Part shown: positions 23,603 through 35,434 of the stretch, one piece after another | Layout of the letters: the number at the start of each line of letters is the position of its first letter | Position numbering within the stretch: position 1 is the first letter of the stretch | Source: Trichodelitschia bisporula | Taxonomy: Eukaryota | Assembly: GCA_010356995.1 (NCBI GenBank) | Contig: ML996690.1 | Span: forward strand, 327,101-367,682 | Length of the DNA stretch: 40,582 bases | Direction of reading: 5' to 3' | Position numbers and translations under genes: made by a program | Notes under the pieces: model-generated | Told to the model about the DNA's origin: nothing | Databases searched by the model: none | What the model saw: only the letters and a program-made list of their open reading frames with translations

Positions 23603-26197
23603 TTACGACGGCTGACCCCTCCGCGGCACTGTCTGAAGATCCTCCTCTAGGTCCCCATACCTCGTCGGCTTCCTCCTGTACTGCCTGAGGTGCCGACGCA
23701 TATCATCACTGGCGGCGTAGTCGCTGTCGCCTTCGCCGATTCTCTCGGCAATCTCTTGCAGTTCCTCCTCAAAAGCCGGATCTTGGCTGGGCAGATCGGA
23801 AACGATATCAAGATTCTCCGGCGCGCTCTTTCTCCCACTTTTACTGACGCTCTTGATGCCCTTCATCTTCGATTTTCCTTTCCGGTCCTTGACGGCGACC
23901 GCTTTCCCGCCCTTCTTCCGGCCACGCTCCGTAAAGTGCCTAGTGTGCTCGTTGGTGTACCCGTCGCCATAGTTGAAAAACAGTTCCTCGCCAAGTTTGA
24001 TGTCTCTCAGCGCGTACATGCCCATACGAACGACGGTGTTGCAAAGATAGGGCTTGGCACCGCAGTTGATATTCTCGTCGTCGGCTTGGTGATTGATGAA
24101 GCGCGTCTTGTTGCCCATAGACATGCTGTCAATGTCCTGTTGCTCGTTCAGCATGAAAAGGTAGTTCGTCTTCTGGTAGTGGTAGATTTCTCCGCGACGA
24201 TTCCCCTCCTGCCGGGTGAGAATCTCTCCCTTGTATTCGCCAATGTACTCGTGGGCTTTGATGTCTGTGCCTGCAAAGAGTCCGAATCCGGCAACCTGCG
24301 ACGTGCCCAACAGCGTGCGCTTCGGAATGTTGCGCTGGATGTAGCAATTATGACATCGGCTCGAGAGCCACCGCTCATCCCGGTTGACATTTTCGGGGTC
24401 AAGAACCTCGGCCGCGCCACACGAGGTGCACAGGTCAGGATTGCACTCCCTGTTGAGCACCCAGCATGGACACTTCGGATTCCGGTAACAGCTTCTCCCG
24501 TCCCTCTTGCAGGTGCATCCTAGAGCGCGTCGAGCGCAGGACTTGTCACATCCGCAAAACTTCTCGCACTGAATCGAGGCGTTGAAGCAGCTGCAATGGC
24601 TCTCCTCGCAGGATATACCCGGATGATCGCACGGATAAAACGGCCCGCGCATCTCGAGCACATTGGTTTTGGAGTGCTTCTGCCACCACGCAAAGCTACG
24701 GTCTGGCTTGGATTTCGGATCTGCCGTAGGCCCCGACTCCCGACGCCTGGGTCCTTTTGGCCGAGAGTCTATGGCGGGCGGAAGTACACACCTCTTGAAG
24801 TTGCAATTACTCGCGCTGTCGTAGTCGGAAAGTCCTGCCGAACCATAGCAGCTGGACACGCTGGATTCCTCATCGCTGTCGGGCGTTGGTTCACGTTCCA
24901 TGAATTCGCCATGGTACGGGCAGTCACGTATGTGGCATATCGCACACTCCAGGGTATCCAAGGTCTCCTCGGGCTTGGGCGCGAGGATTTTTTCCACTAC
25001 GGCACTCTTGCGGACGATATGCCAAAGACCGAGGGGCGTCCCTTCTAGAAAGGCAGAACAGGCAAAGGCTGCCACCACCAACGAACGAGGTGATGATGGA
25101 GGCAGATTAGCAAACACCTTCTTCCAGACAGGGTGGTCTCTGTCGAAGCTGTCTTTGCAATACTCTTCACGGCGAGTCCAATGGTGGATGTCATCCAGTG
25201 AGAGAAGATTCGGGGGAAGACCGAGATCCGGCTCTAGAAGGAAATGCAAGACATCGTGATAGGTAATGCCAAGATCTTTTAAGAAGGCGTCTGCGATCTC
25301 CCTAAAGTGGGCGACTTCGTGAAGTACGGCGAGATGGCGAGGCCGCTTTTCGTAGAGCATCTTGTAGTGCTGGCGCAAACTAACTCTCAACATTTCTTCT
25401 ACCTTTTCTTGCGTCTCGTCATCGTCGAAATACGGCCAGCAAATGAGTTTCTTGTTGTTTTCGGCCAGAATGTTGCGGTCGAGGCTGACGTAAGTGGTAT
25501 ATCTGGGAAGGTCGACCGCATCGCATTTGACTCGCGTGATAGGCGCCTCGAGGACCGTCTTGACCCACTTATTCGGCTTGGACTTTTCGGGATACCACTC
25601 CTGTGTGATGGCGCCGACGTCCTTCTTGCCGGACGGACACGGACCCTCCGTGTGGATGGGTTTAATGGCAGCATACCAGGGCACCCCGACGACGGACGAT
25701 TCTTCCATCGCATTACGGGACGTGGAATAGTCCGGTGTCACATCGGCAGGTGCGGAGCTCACGGCACGAGCTTGCTTTAGCAAGAGCTTATCAGGTTAAT
25801 ATTGCGGGCGGGTAATGCAGAAGTTTTCGAGCTTACCCTCGTGCGGGTTTCACGACGGCCATGTATCATGTCAAAGTGACTTTTAAGCAGCGCCTGGGTT
25901 GCCTCAAACGTTGGTGGAATGGGCATAGTCGGAGGGTCTGGTTCAAAGAGATCTATATAGGTTAGGCAGTTATACGAAATTTAATATGGCGTACCTACCG
26001 TCAGGGAGCGGCGGAGAACTTGAATGGATGGAAGGAAACGCGTTCATCCTGCGCCGCTTTGATATAGGCTCCGAATCACTGTCAATGCCGCTGGGAGCTG
26101 GAACATTGCGCGCAGTTTTCCTTGCCACTTTAGGAGCCGGAGCCGCTTCAGGCTGGGGCGCCCGTGACATGGCGAAGCGCTTCATAAACTGAAGCAT
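23603..26197 (-). CDS. KMT6: Histone H3K27 methyltransferase, EZH2/KMT6/SET-7 type (PRC2 catalytic subunit), ~830 aa
   Basis: CXC pre-SET region (PCDHPG..C..C.C....CEKFCGC...C.....GCTC....C....CPC....RECNPDLC) followed by SET domain (AGFGLFAG..EYIGEYKGE..RRG..Y...NYLF..GNKTRFINH..GEELFFNYG). Predicted exons 26197-25999, 25952-25837 and 25786-23603 with GT-AG introns of 46 and 50 nt. The start codon is uncertain. Confidence 0.9.
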
Positions 26198-26280
26198 GCG
26201 CGGTTAGGCAGGAGTATGGTGAAGACATGCGCCGGAGATATGTCAACAACGCGAATCCTTATGATGTGAGGGGAGGGGAT

Positions 26281-26297
26281 GAATGAATGAATGAATG
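26281..26297. repeat. (GAAT)4 microsatellite upstream of KMT6
   Basis: gaatgaatgaatgaatg. Confidence 0.7.
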
Positions 26298-26812
26298 TTT
26301 TCAGCAGTATGGTGTGGTGGCCGAGCAAAGTTTGTAGATTGATTGTGGTCGTGGTTCATTGCGACGCGCGGAGTACAACAGGACGCGGAGGCTTGGCACG
26401 ACTTGACGTCTCTTCAATTTGGGACAGGGGTTCAACGGAACGAGCAGCAATGGTCAAAAGGAGAAGGAGCAGTCCTGGCACGGCGAGTACCAACTATCGA
26501 CCTGTGCAGAACTGCTATTGAATCTTTCTTTTCCTTCCCAGCCATCCCATCTCACTTACGCTTGACCTCGATCCTGCCCCAGAGCGCAAGTACTCTGTAG
26601 CATCCGTCGTGATTGTAGAAGTCCAGTTTCCACCTGTCCAGAAATTCATTCGAATACTTCACCATCACGGGCAATTGGTATTGAGCATAGAAAGCAGACC
26701 GAGACATGCTCGCAGCCAGTCAATTTGAATGGAAGCGTTTTGCCTATGCTACATATCCCTGGTCCGAATCCTTGCCCATGTTATGCCGCGAAAAGACATT
26801 CCGTAACGCCAT

Positions 26813-27512
26813 TTAGAACTTCTTGAACTGCTTGACGGCCTGTCCCGTCCGGGGCAGCACGCGAAGCACGTTGAAGCGAACCTTGAAGAGTCAGCCGATA
26901 ACCCGGATGCAAGGAGCCAACGTACCGTCTTGCTGAGCGGGCGGCACTGGCCAACCGTCACCTGGTCACCATCCTCAATACGGAAAGCGGGGCTGACGTG
27001 GGCGGCAAGGTTCTTATGACGCTTCTCGTACCGGTTGTACTTGGGGATGTAGTGAAGGTACTCGCGGCGGATGATGAGCGTACGGTGCATCTTGGTGGAG
27101 ACGACGGTGCCGGTCAGGATGCGGCCACGGATTGAGACACTGCAAATGGGTCAGTTAAGCTCGGTATATACGTCTGGTTCCATCTCACAGGCCGGTGAAG
27201 GGGCACTTCTTGTCTGTATAGCTATTAGCATTGCCCATTCACATAGATAAAAGTACGTACCGATGTACGAGCCCTCAATGGCCGTCTTCGGGGTGCGGAA
27301 ACCTAGACCGACATCCTTATACCACCGACGCCCGCCCTTGCCAACGCGCTTCGACTTGCCGGACTGCGCCTTCGAGTTGAGGAAGATATGAGGTTGCTTC
27401 TATTCGGGGGTCAGCGGCTGCTACTTTACTATTTGCGACAAGTGCGTAATCGCGCCGGAGTAAGTCGTACCTGGAAAGCGCGCTCGCTCTGGACAGTCAG
27501 CTCAGTCGCCAT
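26813..27512 (-). CDS. RPS11: 40S ribosomal protein S11 (uS17), 162 aa
   Basis: Exons 27512-27471, 27399-27261, 27213-27189, 27139-26926 and 26881-26813 give [22 protein letters not shown]...[19 protein letters not shown]...KMHRT...[17 protein letters not shown]...QFKKF. Confidence 0.97.
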
Positions 27513-27881
27513 AGTTGCTGTTGGGGATGGCGGGCAGAGGTTGTGGTGGGAAACTTCACGGGTTTGTCGACGGGTTGGCGGTTGGCGGTTGGAGGCTTCG
27601 CTTCTCTCTTTTCGATTTTTGGACTTGGCAGAGTGATTGTGAAGGGTGCACCCGCTAACGGGTTTATATTCTTCCGGTGCAGCCCTGATGGGATGCACGG
27701 ACCATATTGTCAAGCCTGGGTCTGCCAAGCTGGGAGCTAGTCCGTAAAGAGAATGTTAGTAAACAGGCGATGCTTGAACCTCGCTGCTCCGGAGACTGCC
27801 ATAGACAAACCACCGAGCATCATTCGCGTCACCTCGTCCCTACGTCTCCGTGTCAGCAACCACTTCCACATCTCCCCCACC
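27513..27881. promoter_or_regulatory. Divergent (bidirectional) promoter region shared by RPS11 and SPC105
   Basis: Only 369 bp separate the two head-to-head start codons. Confidence 0.6.
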
Positions 27882-30800
27882 ATGCCAGTCGAAGGCAAGG
27901 AAAACATCACCGACGGGCTCGAGGCCCTCACATCGGCTGGTACAGCCGCTATCAAGTCTGCTTTCTCGAAGAAGTCGCGCAGCCTCAGCATGGGCCCTGG
28001 CGCCTTGAGCGTCCCGCTGAAAGAGGCAGCGGGGAACCGCCGCAAGGTAAGCTCCCTACCACCACGCAAAATCACTGTTCTGTGCTAACTGTTCTAGTCC
28101 GCGATTGCAGATGTGCCCGCCGTCCGTTCCATTCTTAGCGGTAAAGAAGACGAGGCGAAGCTGCGTCGCGAGGCAAGGAGGAAGTCTCTTGGTACGGCGC
28201 GCCCGATGATGTTGGGCCTTGGCTAACAGTATCAGCTAATCGCCGCGTCTCTTTTGCTCCGGAAGCAACTCTGCACACCTGGGATGTCGTGGAGTGCATG
28301 CGCGATGCGACCTCATCTTCGGCCTCTTCCGATGCGACGCGCCGCTCTGACCCCGCGCCCGCAAGGGATGATGCGTCCGAGGAAGACGGCTCCTCGGACA
28401 ACGCCGAGGAACTAGAAGAAGACTCGCCTGCGCCTCGCAAGAAAGCTCGTCGGAGCTCTGGTATCCCACCACTGAACTTCAATAATCCCGAAGACGTATT
28501 TTCCTCTAGCACAAGCAGTTCACCGATGCAAGGCGCATTTCCGCAGGAGGAAAACACCGCAATGAGCCTGCCTCAAGACTCGCCTTCCACCAGTTCATCG
28601 GAGGTACAACTGGATGCCGCTCTTCGACTCGCGGCTGCGCAGGCGGGAACGCAGGACCATGACCTCGACGCCGACCTATCCATGGAGATGGTCACTCAAG
28701 ACGTGACAGCGGCCTTCCGGCCATGGCTCGGCAAGCCGAATGCTACTACAGCTGGCGGTGCGATGACCGATCCGTTCAAGGCACCAACCTCGGACGAAGA
28801 TGACCTGGACGAAGATGACGACGGCAGTCAAGACATGAGTATGGACATGACTAGTGCATTGGGGGGCATCATAAGCTTCCAGGGTCAAGAACAAACAGGT
28901 TCCGAGGAGTCGACGCAAACTGTAGAGAAAACTCAGGCCATGGATGTTACGATGGACTTTACGCAAGCCTTTGGAGCTATCCAGCCATCTGCCGCAGACA
29001 CTGGAGCAGATAACAGGGGCACCAAGCGGCGTCGCTCTGGCGCCAGCGTCTCGCTTGGTGTCGGTGCCACCAGCGAGGGTAGTCCTGCCATACGTCAGTT
29101 CCCTCGCCGGTACTCCACGAGACGGCACTCTGTGGCAGAGTCGGTTGGTGAAGTCAGCATGGATCTCACAAAGGCCATCGGTGGCATCCTCAGTTCCGCA
29201 GACCCGACGAGCCGACATGAAAGCACCGAGACCGACCTGCTCGATGAGGCCATGGATTTCACGATGGCCATCGGCGGCATCAAATCCGTTTCCGAAAGCC
29301 ATGTCGATGAAGGCGATGAGTCGGATGCTTCCATGAGCATGGATCTGACGTCCACTTTGGAAGCTCCTAAACCGTCCGGAGATATCCCGCGCATCACTCC
29401 TAGCCCTGCGAAGACTCCCAAGTCTCCGCTGAAGACGCGGACTCCCAGCCCTGCGAAGTCGCCAGCGAAGGAATTGCCGAAGCCTCGCACACCGCAGAAG
29501 TCTCCACGTAGATCTCAGCGCAAGAGCCTTGTGCCGCCGACAAACAATGACGTCCAGACATCCAATTCACCGGGAGCTGTTATTCAGGCTCTGCGTCTGC
29601 CGAAGACTCAAGATGGTCCATTGCGGCAAGATAGTCCTCCGAATCCAGTTGCCTACCCTACTCTTCCTGCCGTCACCGAGCCTACAACTCCACCCAAGCC
29701 TGAAGTTGTTTCCACCAGCGTGTCACCGGACAAACTCAAAACTACGGCTCTCGCGGATTCTTTCAAGCTCTTATCGACTCCACGCAAGCAAATCCTTCCC
29801 TCCCCTGTCAAACGGGCGGCTTCGACTCCTAAGGTCCAGGCAACGCCTAAGAAGGCAATGACGCCCAAGAAAGCTGCAACACCGAGAAAATCACCCACTC
29901 CCCGCAAGCGGGTTAGACTCGAGGTTGCTGAACCCATTGAGGAGGAAGCTCCTGCTGAAGATGTGGAGGAGGCTGAAGAAGACGAGGAAGATGTTGAGAG
30001 AATCCACCTTCAGGACTTCCTGGACATGACGGGCATCCGTTTCATGGATCTCACGACGACCAAGCGGCGGCATACAGGGCATCCCGGAGCTGACCGCAAG
30101 CTCGCTGATGCAGATGAAGAGGACGAGGTTGAGCCAACCCTGGAAAACACGGTTGCTGCGGCCATCAGCACCGTCCCCATGCTCACGATGTACCAGCACT
30201 CCTGTCATGAAATGAAGAACTACATTTCGGGAGGGCGCGACGAGTTCCGCGTTCTCGAAGCAGAAGTGTACGAAAGCCAGCCGCCATTGTTCTGCGAGTA
30301 TCTTCTTGCACCTCCGCAAGAACGTGCTATCATGGACAACCAGTTCAAGAACATGAAGACAAACGCACGCTTGCAGAGCAAGGCAGGATGGCACGCTTGG
30401 CGTAGCCAGCTGCTTACAGACCTCATGAAGGGGCTGCAGCAGTCGGCAGCTGATCTCGATCGTGACGACACGCTCCTTACGAAGCAGGAGCAGCTTCTGG
30501 ACTCGAACCTTCCTCCGCTCCTGGAGCGCTACGAGAAGCTCGATGCTGAGCGGCAACAGCTCGAGGAACGCGCTGCCGGGATGTCCTCCAGCGACCGCGA
30601 AGAACTCGTCGCAACGCGGGAGCAGCTTCTTTCTGTGGAGGCGGGCGTCGAAGAGCAGAAGCGGCTGGTCGCCGAGCTTCAGAAAAAGCTTGAAGAGCAG
30701 GAGGTGCGCATCGAGACTGCCAAAAAACAGAAGGCCAAGCATCTCGAGGACATTACAGAGGCAGAGCGGGTCTTGGAGGAGTGCCGTGGATGGTCGGAGA

Positions 30801-31546
30801 GCGAGATAGCTGCCGAGAAAGGTTCGTCCCATTGCTTTAATTCTGAACCCATGCTAACATGCACAGCGAAACTGGATGCTATCGAACAGCGCACCGGCTG
30901 GTCGGTCGTCGCCGTCACGGCGTCCCCCAAGACTTTGACACTGAAGTACCGCTCCGACCTCGAGCTGTTTCTCAACCCCGACGCTTTCATCACCAAGAAA
31001 GCGTCACCCGCTAGCGGACCCAACTCGCCCATCTCCCTCACCTACGTCGGCGATGTTTCTCAGCCCAGCAGCCGTGCTCGCCCCCTAACGACGACTAAGC
31101 GCTTCTTTTTGCAACTGCTTCGTGCCCATGTCCACGCTCTGCCGCAGTGCGAGACCCGCGTCCAAACTCTCACCGGCACCATCAGCGCCGTCTGGGATGC
31201 CGCTCTCCGCATCGCTGAGGGTGTCCGCAAGTTGGACCTTGTCTTCATGACCAAGGAGGTGATCCTCGGGGATGAGACGATGGCTGTGGACACGGTGCTC
31301 CTCCTCACGAAACTGAAAACCAAGGTGCAGATCCGGTTTGAGGTTGTGGCGAGACTGGGCGAGGGAACTGTCAGCGTTGAAGTGGGCGTCAAGGCCAAGG
31401 TGGCGTATGGTGAACGCTATGATGAGGCGAAGATGAGCGAGTTCTTGAAGCAGTTTGTGAACGGTGGGGATGATGACGCAATTCGGTGGGTGACGGGCAT
31501 GGAGGATCTCCAGGCTAGATTGATCAAGCGTGGCAAGAAGGTTTAG
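27882..31546 (+). CDS. SPC105: Kinetochore protein Spc105/Spc7 (KNL1), ~1170 aa
   Basis: Exons 27882-28046, 28098-28191, 28236-30821 and 30867-31546. N-terminal RSILS and RRVSF PP1-docking motifs, several MELT-like repeats (MDMT, MDVT, MDFT, MDLT), the IHLQDFLDMTGIRFMDL Spc7 motif, a coiled coil and a C-terminal RWD-like region. Confidence 0.92.
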
Positions 31547-32306
31547 GTGCTGTCTGGTTTTGTGGCGTTCGCGTGGGCGGTACAATGACACAGGTTGGGC
31601 ATGCGGATAGGCGGACGGGCGGGCAGACGGACAGATACCCCTTTCCATATGATGAGCGCGCGGCGGTGTTTGAGATGATGTCGGTTGACGAATGATGACC
31701 TGGGCGTTACCTGCGTAATTGAATGCCTAATGGTTTCCTGAGAACGTGCCAGTCACTGAGTGAATCATGCAATTAACAGCTTCATCATGAGATCGAGGGT
31801 GGATATATACAGGCCAGGAATCGCATCCCAGCCGGCTTCAGAACTCCTCAAAGACGCTCAAACGCTCCTTTCCGCCGCGCAACCAGCCATCTTCCAACAA
31901 ATAGTACATGTAGTACGCAAAAGAGGGAAAAGAAAATCAAGTCGGGTGCCGAGCACGCCTGCTTGCCAACAGAGCTGGCGAGTATTCCGAGCCGTCTATT
32001 CAGAGTGTGCACTCCCAAACCCAAACGCCCGCTCCTGCCGTCATCATAATTATGCATTGCCACCCTCCAAAGCAACGCGTCTGTCACTGAAACACCTAAC
32101 GAGCGAAATGACTCGTCCCAAATAATGCTGTATCCCAAGACTGCTAGAAGAAGGTACGCCCCGCAGAGTGACATCACCTGTGAGAGTTGAGTAGAGTGTA
32201 GTTTTGCGCCCCCGCGCCCCCGCCCGCTCCCCTCAGGCCTATCATTTTCGGGACGCTGGCGAGCTCGCGCGTCAATATGGCACAGGGACCAGACAGGCGT
32301 GGGGAG

Positions 32307-34709
32307 TCAGCCGGACGATGTCGCATTGTCAGTGAAGCTGGTAGGGCTGGGTGCTTCGGCGGATGCCGTGTCCAGTTCCTTCAGCGTCACGCGGACACCG
32401 TCCTTGACGGCAGTGCCGTCTTCGTCCAGAGGCCCAACCGGGACTGCAACACCCAGGCCAAGCATGCCGTGTCCCCCAATTTCTCGCCATGCGCCCAGAA
32501 GCGATCCGCCTCGTTCCCTTTCCATCGCTTCTTCCATTACATCGTCAATTACTCCTTCGCTGCCCAGTTCGACCTCGGCCGGATCGATTTCGATCTCTTC
32601 GCCTCCCAGCACTCGTCCTCCCAGCTTAACGTCGCTGACTCTGACCTGGTACGCCAGCGCGCGACGGCCCTCACGAATCATATCCTCTGCGCGAGTAGAG
32701 CAGCGTTTTAGTGCTTGATTCATCCGTTGAGAATCGAGAAGCAGCTCGCGGTGCTTTGTGAGGTCAAGCTGAAGGCGCTTGGAGTCACGTGCCAGATGGC
32801 GAGCGTCGGAGTCGGCGCCGGGATCCGTGTCGGCACTGGGCGTTCCAGGGCCGGATGCGGAATCCGAAGAAAATGACGAGTCGGATGAATCGGAAAGGGA
32901 TTCCATAACCGCACGAGCCATCGACGCTCTTCCGGCCTTAGGCTCCGGCGCATCGTGTTCATCCTCGAGGTCCGTCTCATCTTCATCAACAAGCGGCAGT
33001 CCTTCTCCCATTTCCGAATTGACAACGCCGCTGATCCCGGCCCGGCTGACTCTTCTCAACCGCCGGAGTTCCGATTGTTGTCGCTTGACTTCGCGTTCAA
33101 GTTGTCGGTTGATAGCCAGCAAACTTGAGTTGCTAATCTCCAGATCAAGAACCTTGCGCTCGCGCCTCGCGTTGGCGGCTAACTCATTGTGTTCGGCGGT
33201 AGATGGCCCAGGTGTCGTGGCCAGAAGCGCAGGAGATGTCAACGAGTCCCGTGGGGAATGCAAGAGTGGAAGTTGGAATGACGTAGCAGGCAACTGCGGG
33301 GCAGGGGACGAGGTTGGCGATACCGCAATCTCAACGTCACTGCCTATCCGACCCTCTGGTCCAGATTCGCTACCTGAAAAACCTGCATCCATTGCCCCGA
33401 ACCCTGAAGGCGGGAGCAATGTCCGGGAAGAAGTTGGTGCGCTAGCAATCGAGTCGGCTCCATTTTCAACGACTATAGCCGTGTGTAGAGGCCGAAGTGG
33501 AGTCTTGTACCCGTTGCTACCGCGCGGCGCGGATTCGATAGAACTTAAACTTGACGTCCGACCATGGCCACTGCCTGAACCTCGCGTGGTGCCAGAACTG
33601 ATGGAATGAGAGCGTGAATGTTGCGCCTCTCGCGTTCTCGTAGTCGCCGTTGAAGGGGGTGGTGCGTTTGCTGTTGGAGATGCCTTTACCGGGGACGAAG
33701 GCACTGTGGAAGCCGCGGGTGTGGGCGGCATCATCGCAAAGGTACCTGGCCGACCAGCCGGCTTAAGAATCTGAGAGACTCCTTTGCGGTATGAGAGATG
33801 AATGCCGTTTGCGCTGCGTTCTTTGGACGGCGATGCGGGACGAATGAAGAGGCCCGTATCCGAATGTGGAATGTCCACACGAGGGGTGGGAGAAGGAGTA
33901 TGGCGAAGCGCACCATTATCCTCGATTTTCCCATCCGCACGAAAGAATTGCGCCTGGGGCTTGGATCGAGAACCGGCAGCTGACAGTGGCGGAGACGGAC
34001 TCGTTTGCGGCGCTTGAGGTCGCACTGCAGGCGCTACCGGGGAGTCGACATCACCGTTCGCGTAGAAGAAACCCGGAGATTTTCGAGAGTTCGGTTGTGA
34101 TTGTGCAATAGTGGGCGTGTCCTGGGGTCGGACATCACTTGCGTGGAAGAAATTGGTACCGGCTGGCCCGTGATCATCGACAGTCCTCCTGGGAGAGAAG
34201 GCGGTAGTGGGATATCTGTAGCTGGGCGATACTACGCCAGCTACTTGTCCAGGTCCATAACTACTCTGGGGTCGCTTTCTGGCGCTCTCTCCTGCTACCA
34301 AGCCAAACCCAGGCGCCAGACCCGGCATCCGCTTTGCACCCGACCCGTCGATGGTAGAAGAAGGTCTGCTGGAACCCGGCGTGCCATTTGGAGTGGATTG
34401 TGTGCTGTCGGTGCGGGTTTTGCGAGAGGAAGATCGCGGCGTGATGTTTGTGTTCAAAAAGGACTTGGCGGGAGTCGTCAGTTCCTCCCTTGCCGGTGAG
34501 GCGCTGCGCACATCGTGCACGTTCACGGCCTTGAAAGGACGGGCAAGAGGTGGTGTCCCGGATGATGGAGTAGCATTGAGATGCTGTGCCGCCAGTCGAG
34601 GTGTGATGGGGGACTTGACGGAGCGTGCGCTGGCCAGTGAAGGCATGAGGGGACGGTTTGTGGACGCAGAGCTTTCTGTAGCGGAATTGGGATTGGTGTT
34701 TGAGTTCAT
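32307..34709 (-). CDS. Conserved fungal Ser/Pro-rich disordered protein with C-terminal coiled coil (800 aa); possibly Mto2/Spa18-like
   Basis: Single 800-aa ORF; repeated FF(H/Y/R)A(S/N/D) motifs; ELAANARRERKVLDLEISNSSLLAINRQLERE and LQLDLTKHRELLLDSQRMNQALKRC motifs. Confidence 0.8.
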   Translation of the reverse strand: MNSNTNPNSATESSASTNRPLMPSLASARSVKSPITPRLAAQHLNATPSSGTPPLARPFKAVNVHDVRSASPAREELTTPAKSFLNTNITPRSSSRKTRTDSTQSTPNGTPGSSRPSSTIDGSGAKRMPGLAPGFGLVAGESARKRPQSSYGPGQVAGVVSPSYRYPTTAFSPRRTVDDHGPAGTNFFHASDVRPQDTPTIAQSQPNSRKSPGFFYANGDVDSPVAPAVRPQAPQTSPSPPLSAAGSRSKPQAQFFRADGKIEDNGALRHTPSPTPRVDIPHSDTGLFIRPASPSKERSANGIHLSYRKGVSQILKPAGRPGTFAMMPPTPAASTVPSSPVKASPTANAPPPSTATTRTREAQHSRSHSISSGTTRGSGSGHGRTSSLSSIESAPRGSNGYKTPLRPLHTAIVVENGADSIASAPTSSRTLLPPSGFGAMDAGFSGSESGPEGRIGSDVEIAVSPTSSPAPQLPATSFQLPLLHSPRDSLTSPALLATTPGPSTAEHNELAANARRERKVLDLEISNSSLLAINRQLEREVKRQQSELRRLRRVSRAGISGVVNSEMGEGLPLVDEDETDLEDEHDAPEPKAGRASMARAVMESLSDSSDSSFSSDSASGPGTPSADTDPGADSDARHLARDSKRLQLDLTKHRELLLDSQRMNQALKRCSTRAEDMIREGRRALAYQVRVSDVKLGGRVLGGEEIEIDPAEVELGSEGVIDDVMEEAMERERGGSLLGAWREIGGHGMLGLGVAVPVGPLDEDGTAVKDGVRVTLKELDTASAEAPSPTSFTDNATSSG

Positions 34710-35434
34710 GATAATCGGCCGTGGGAAAGGAGCGGTGTCGGAGGGGAACTAGAGGCGACACAAGCTAGCGACCGGCGCCAGTAACATGTTGCGGTGAGCG
34801 TTTGCGCGTGAGAATTGGGGGGGATATGGATACGCCGGGGGTAGAACTTCTCCGGGACAATGTGGTTCTAGTGAAGGAGCAGGCGGGGAGGAGAGGGTGG
34901 TGGAATGTTGATGAATTAGTAGTAAATGTGGGGGAGGATACAGTCGAGACTCAAAGGTCGTTTCGGGGAACTTCGCCGGGTTGGAAGGCTTCGAGGAGGA
35001 GGCGGGGGCGGGTGCGATGGAAGGCGAAGAGAGACGACTTTGAGTGGCTCACTTGGTCTACGACCTCCATTTTTTTCTTAGCCAAGCCCTCGCCAAGCAC
35101 CGCGATAGTAGCCTGCGTCTTGTTTACTCCTCTACTAATTGTACTATCAACACCTCTTGTCCTATCGTCCTCTTTGCTATTATCCCAAGACCTTTATTTA
35201 CTGCTCAGATAGCAAGTGTGCGGCTTTGTTTCGTTTGTTTGGTATATACTTCATGCATACACGTGGTTGCGCGCCCTGCCAAACACCAGAACCATACACG
35301 CTGATCATGAGAGATCCTTGAACGCGACGCGCCTCTCCCGCATCGCCGAAACGCCATTATTCCCCACCACTGTAAACCCCGCTTTCTCACCTTCTCCGCA
35401 TTTCCAAGTCCCTTTCTCGGTTCACCACTTCACC

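Noticed and set aside
23690..34761. Long antisense or alternative-frame ORFs overlapping KMT6, SPC105 and the 800-aa gene (e.g. 23690-24523 +, 29891-30832 -, 32779-33609 +)
   Set aside because: Shadow ORFs expected opposite GC-rich coding sequence, with no independent motifs.
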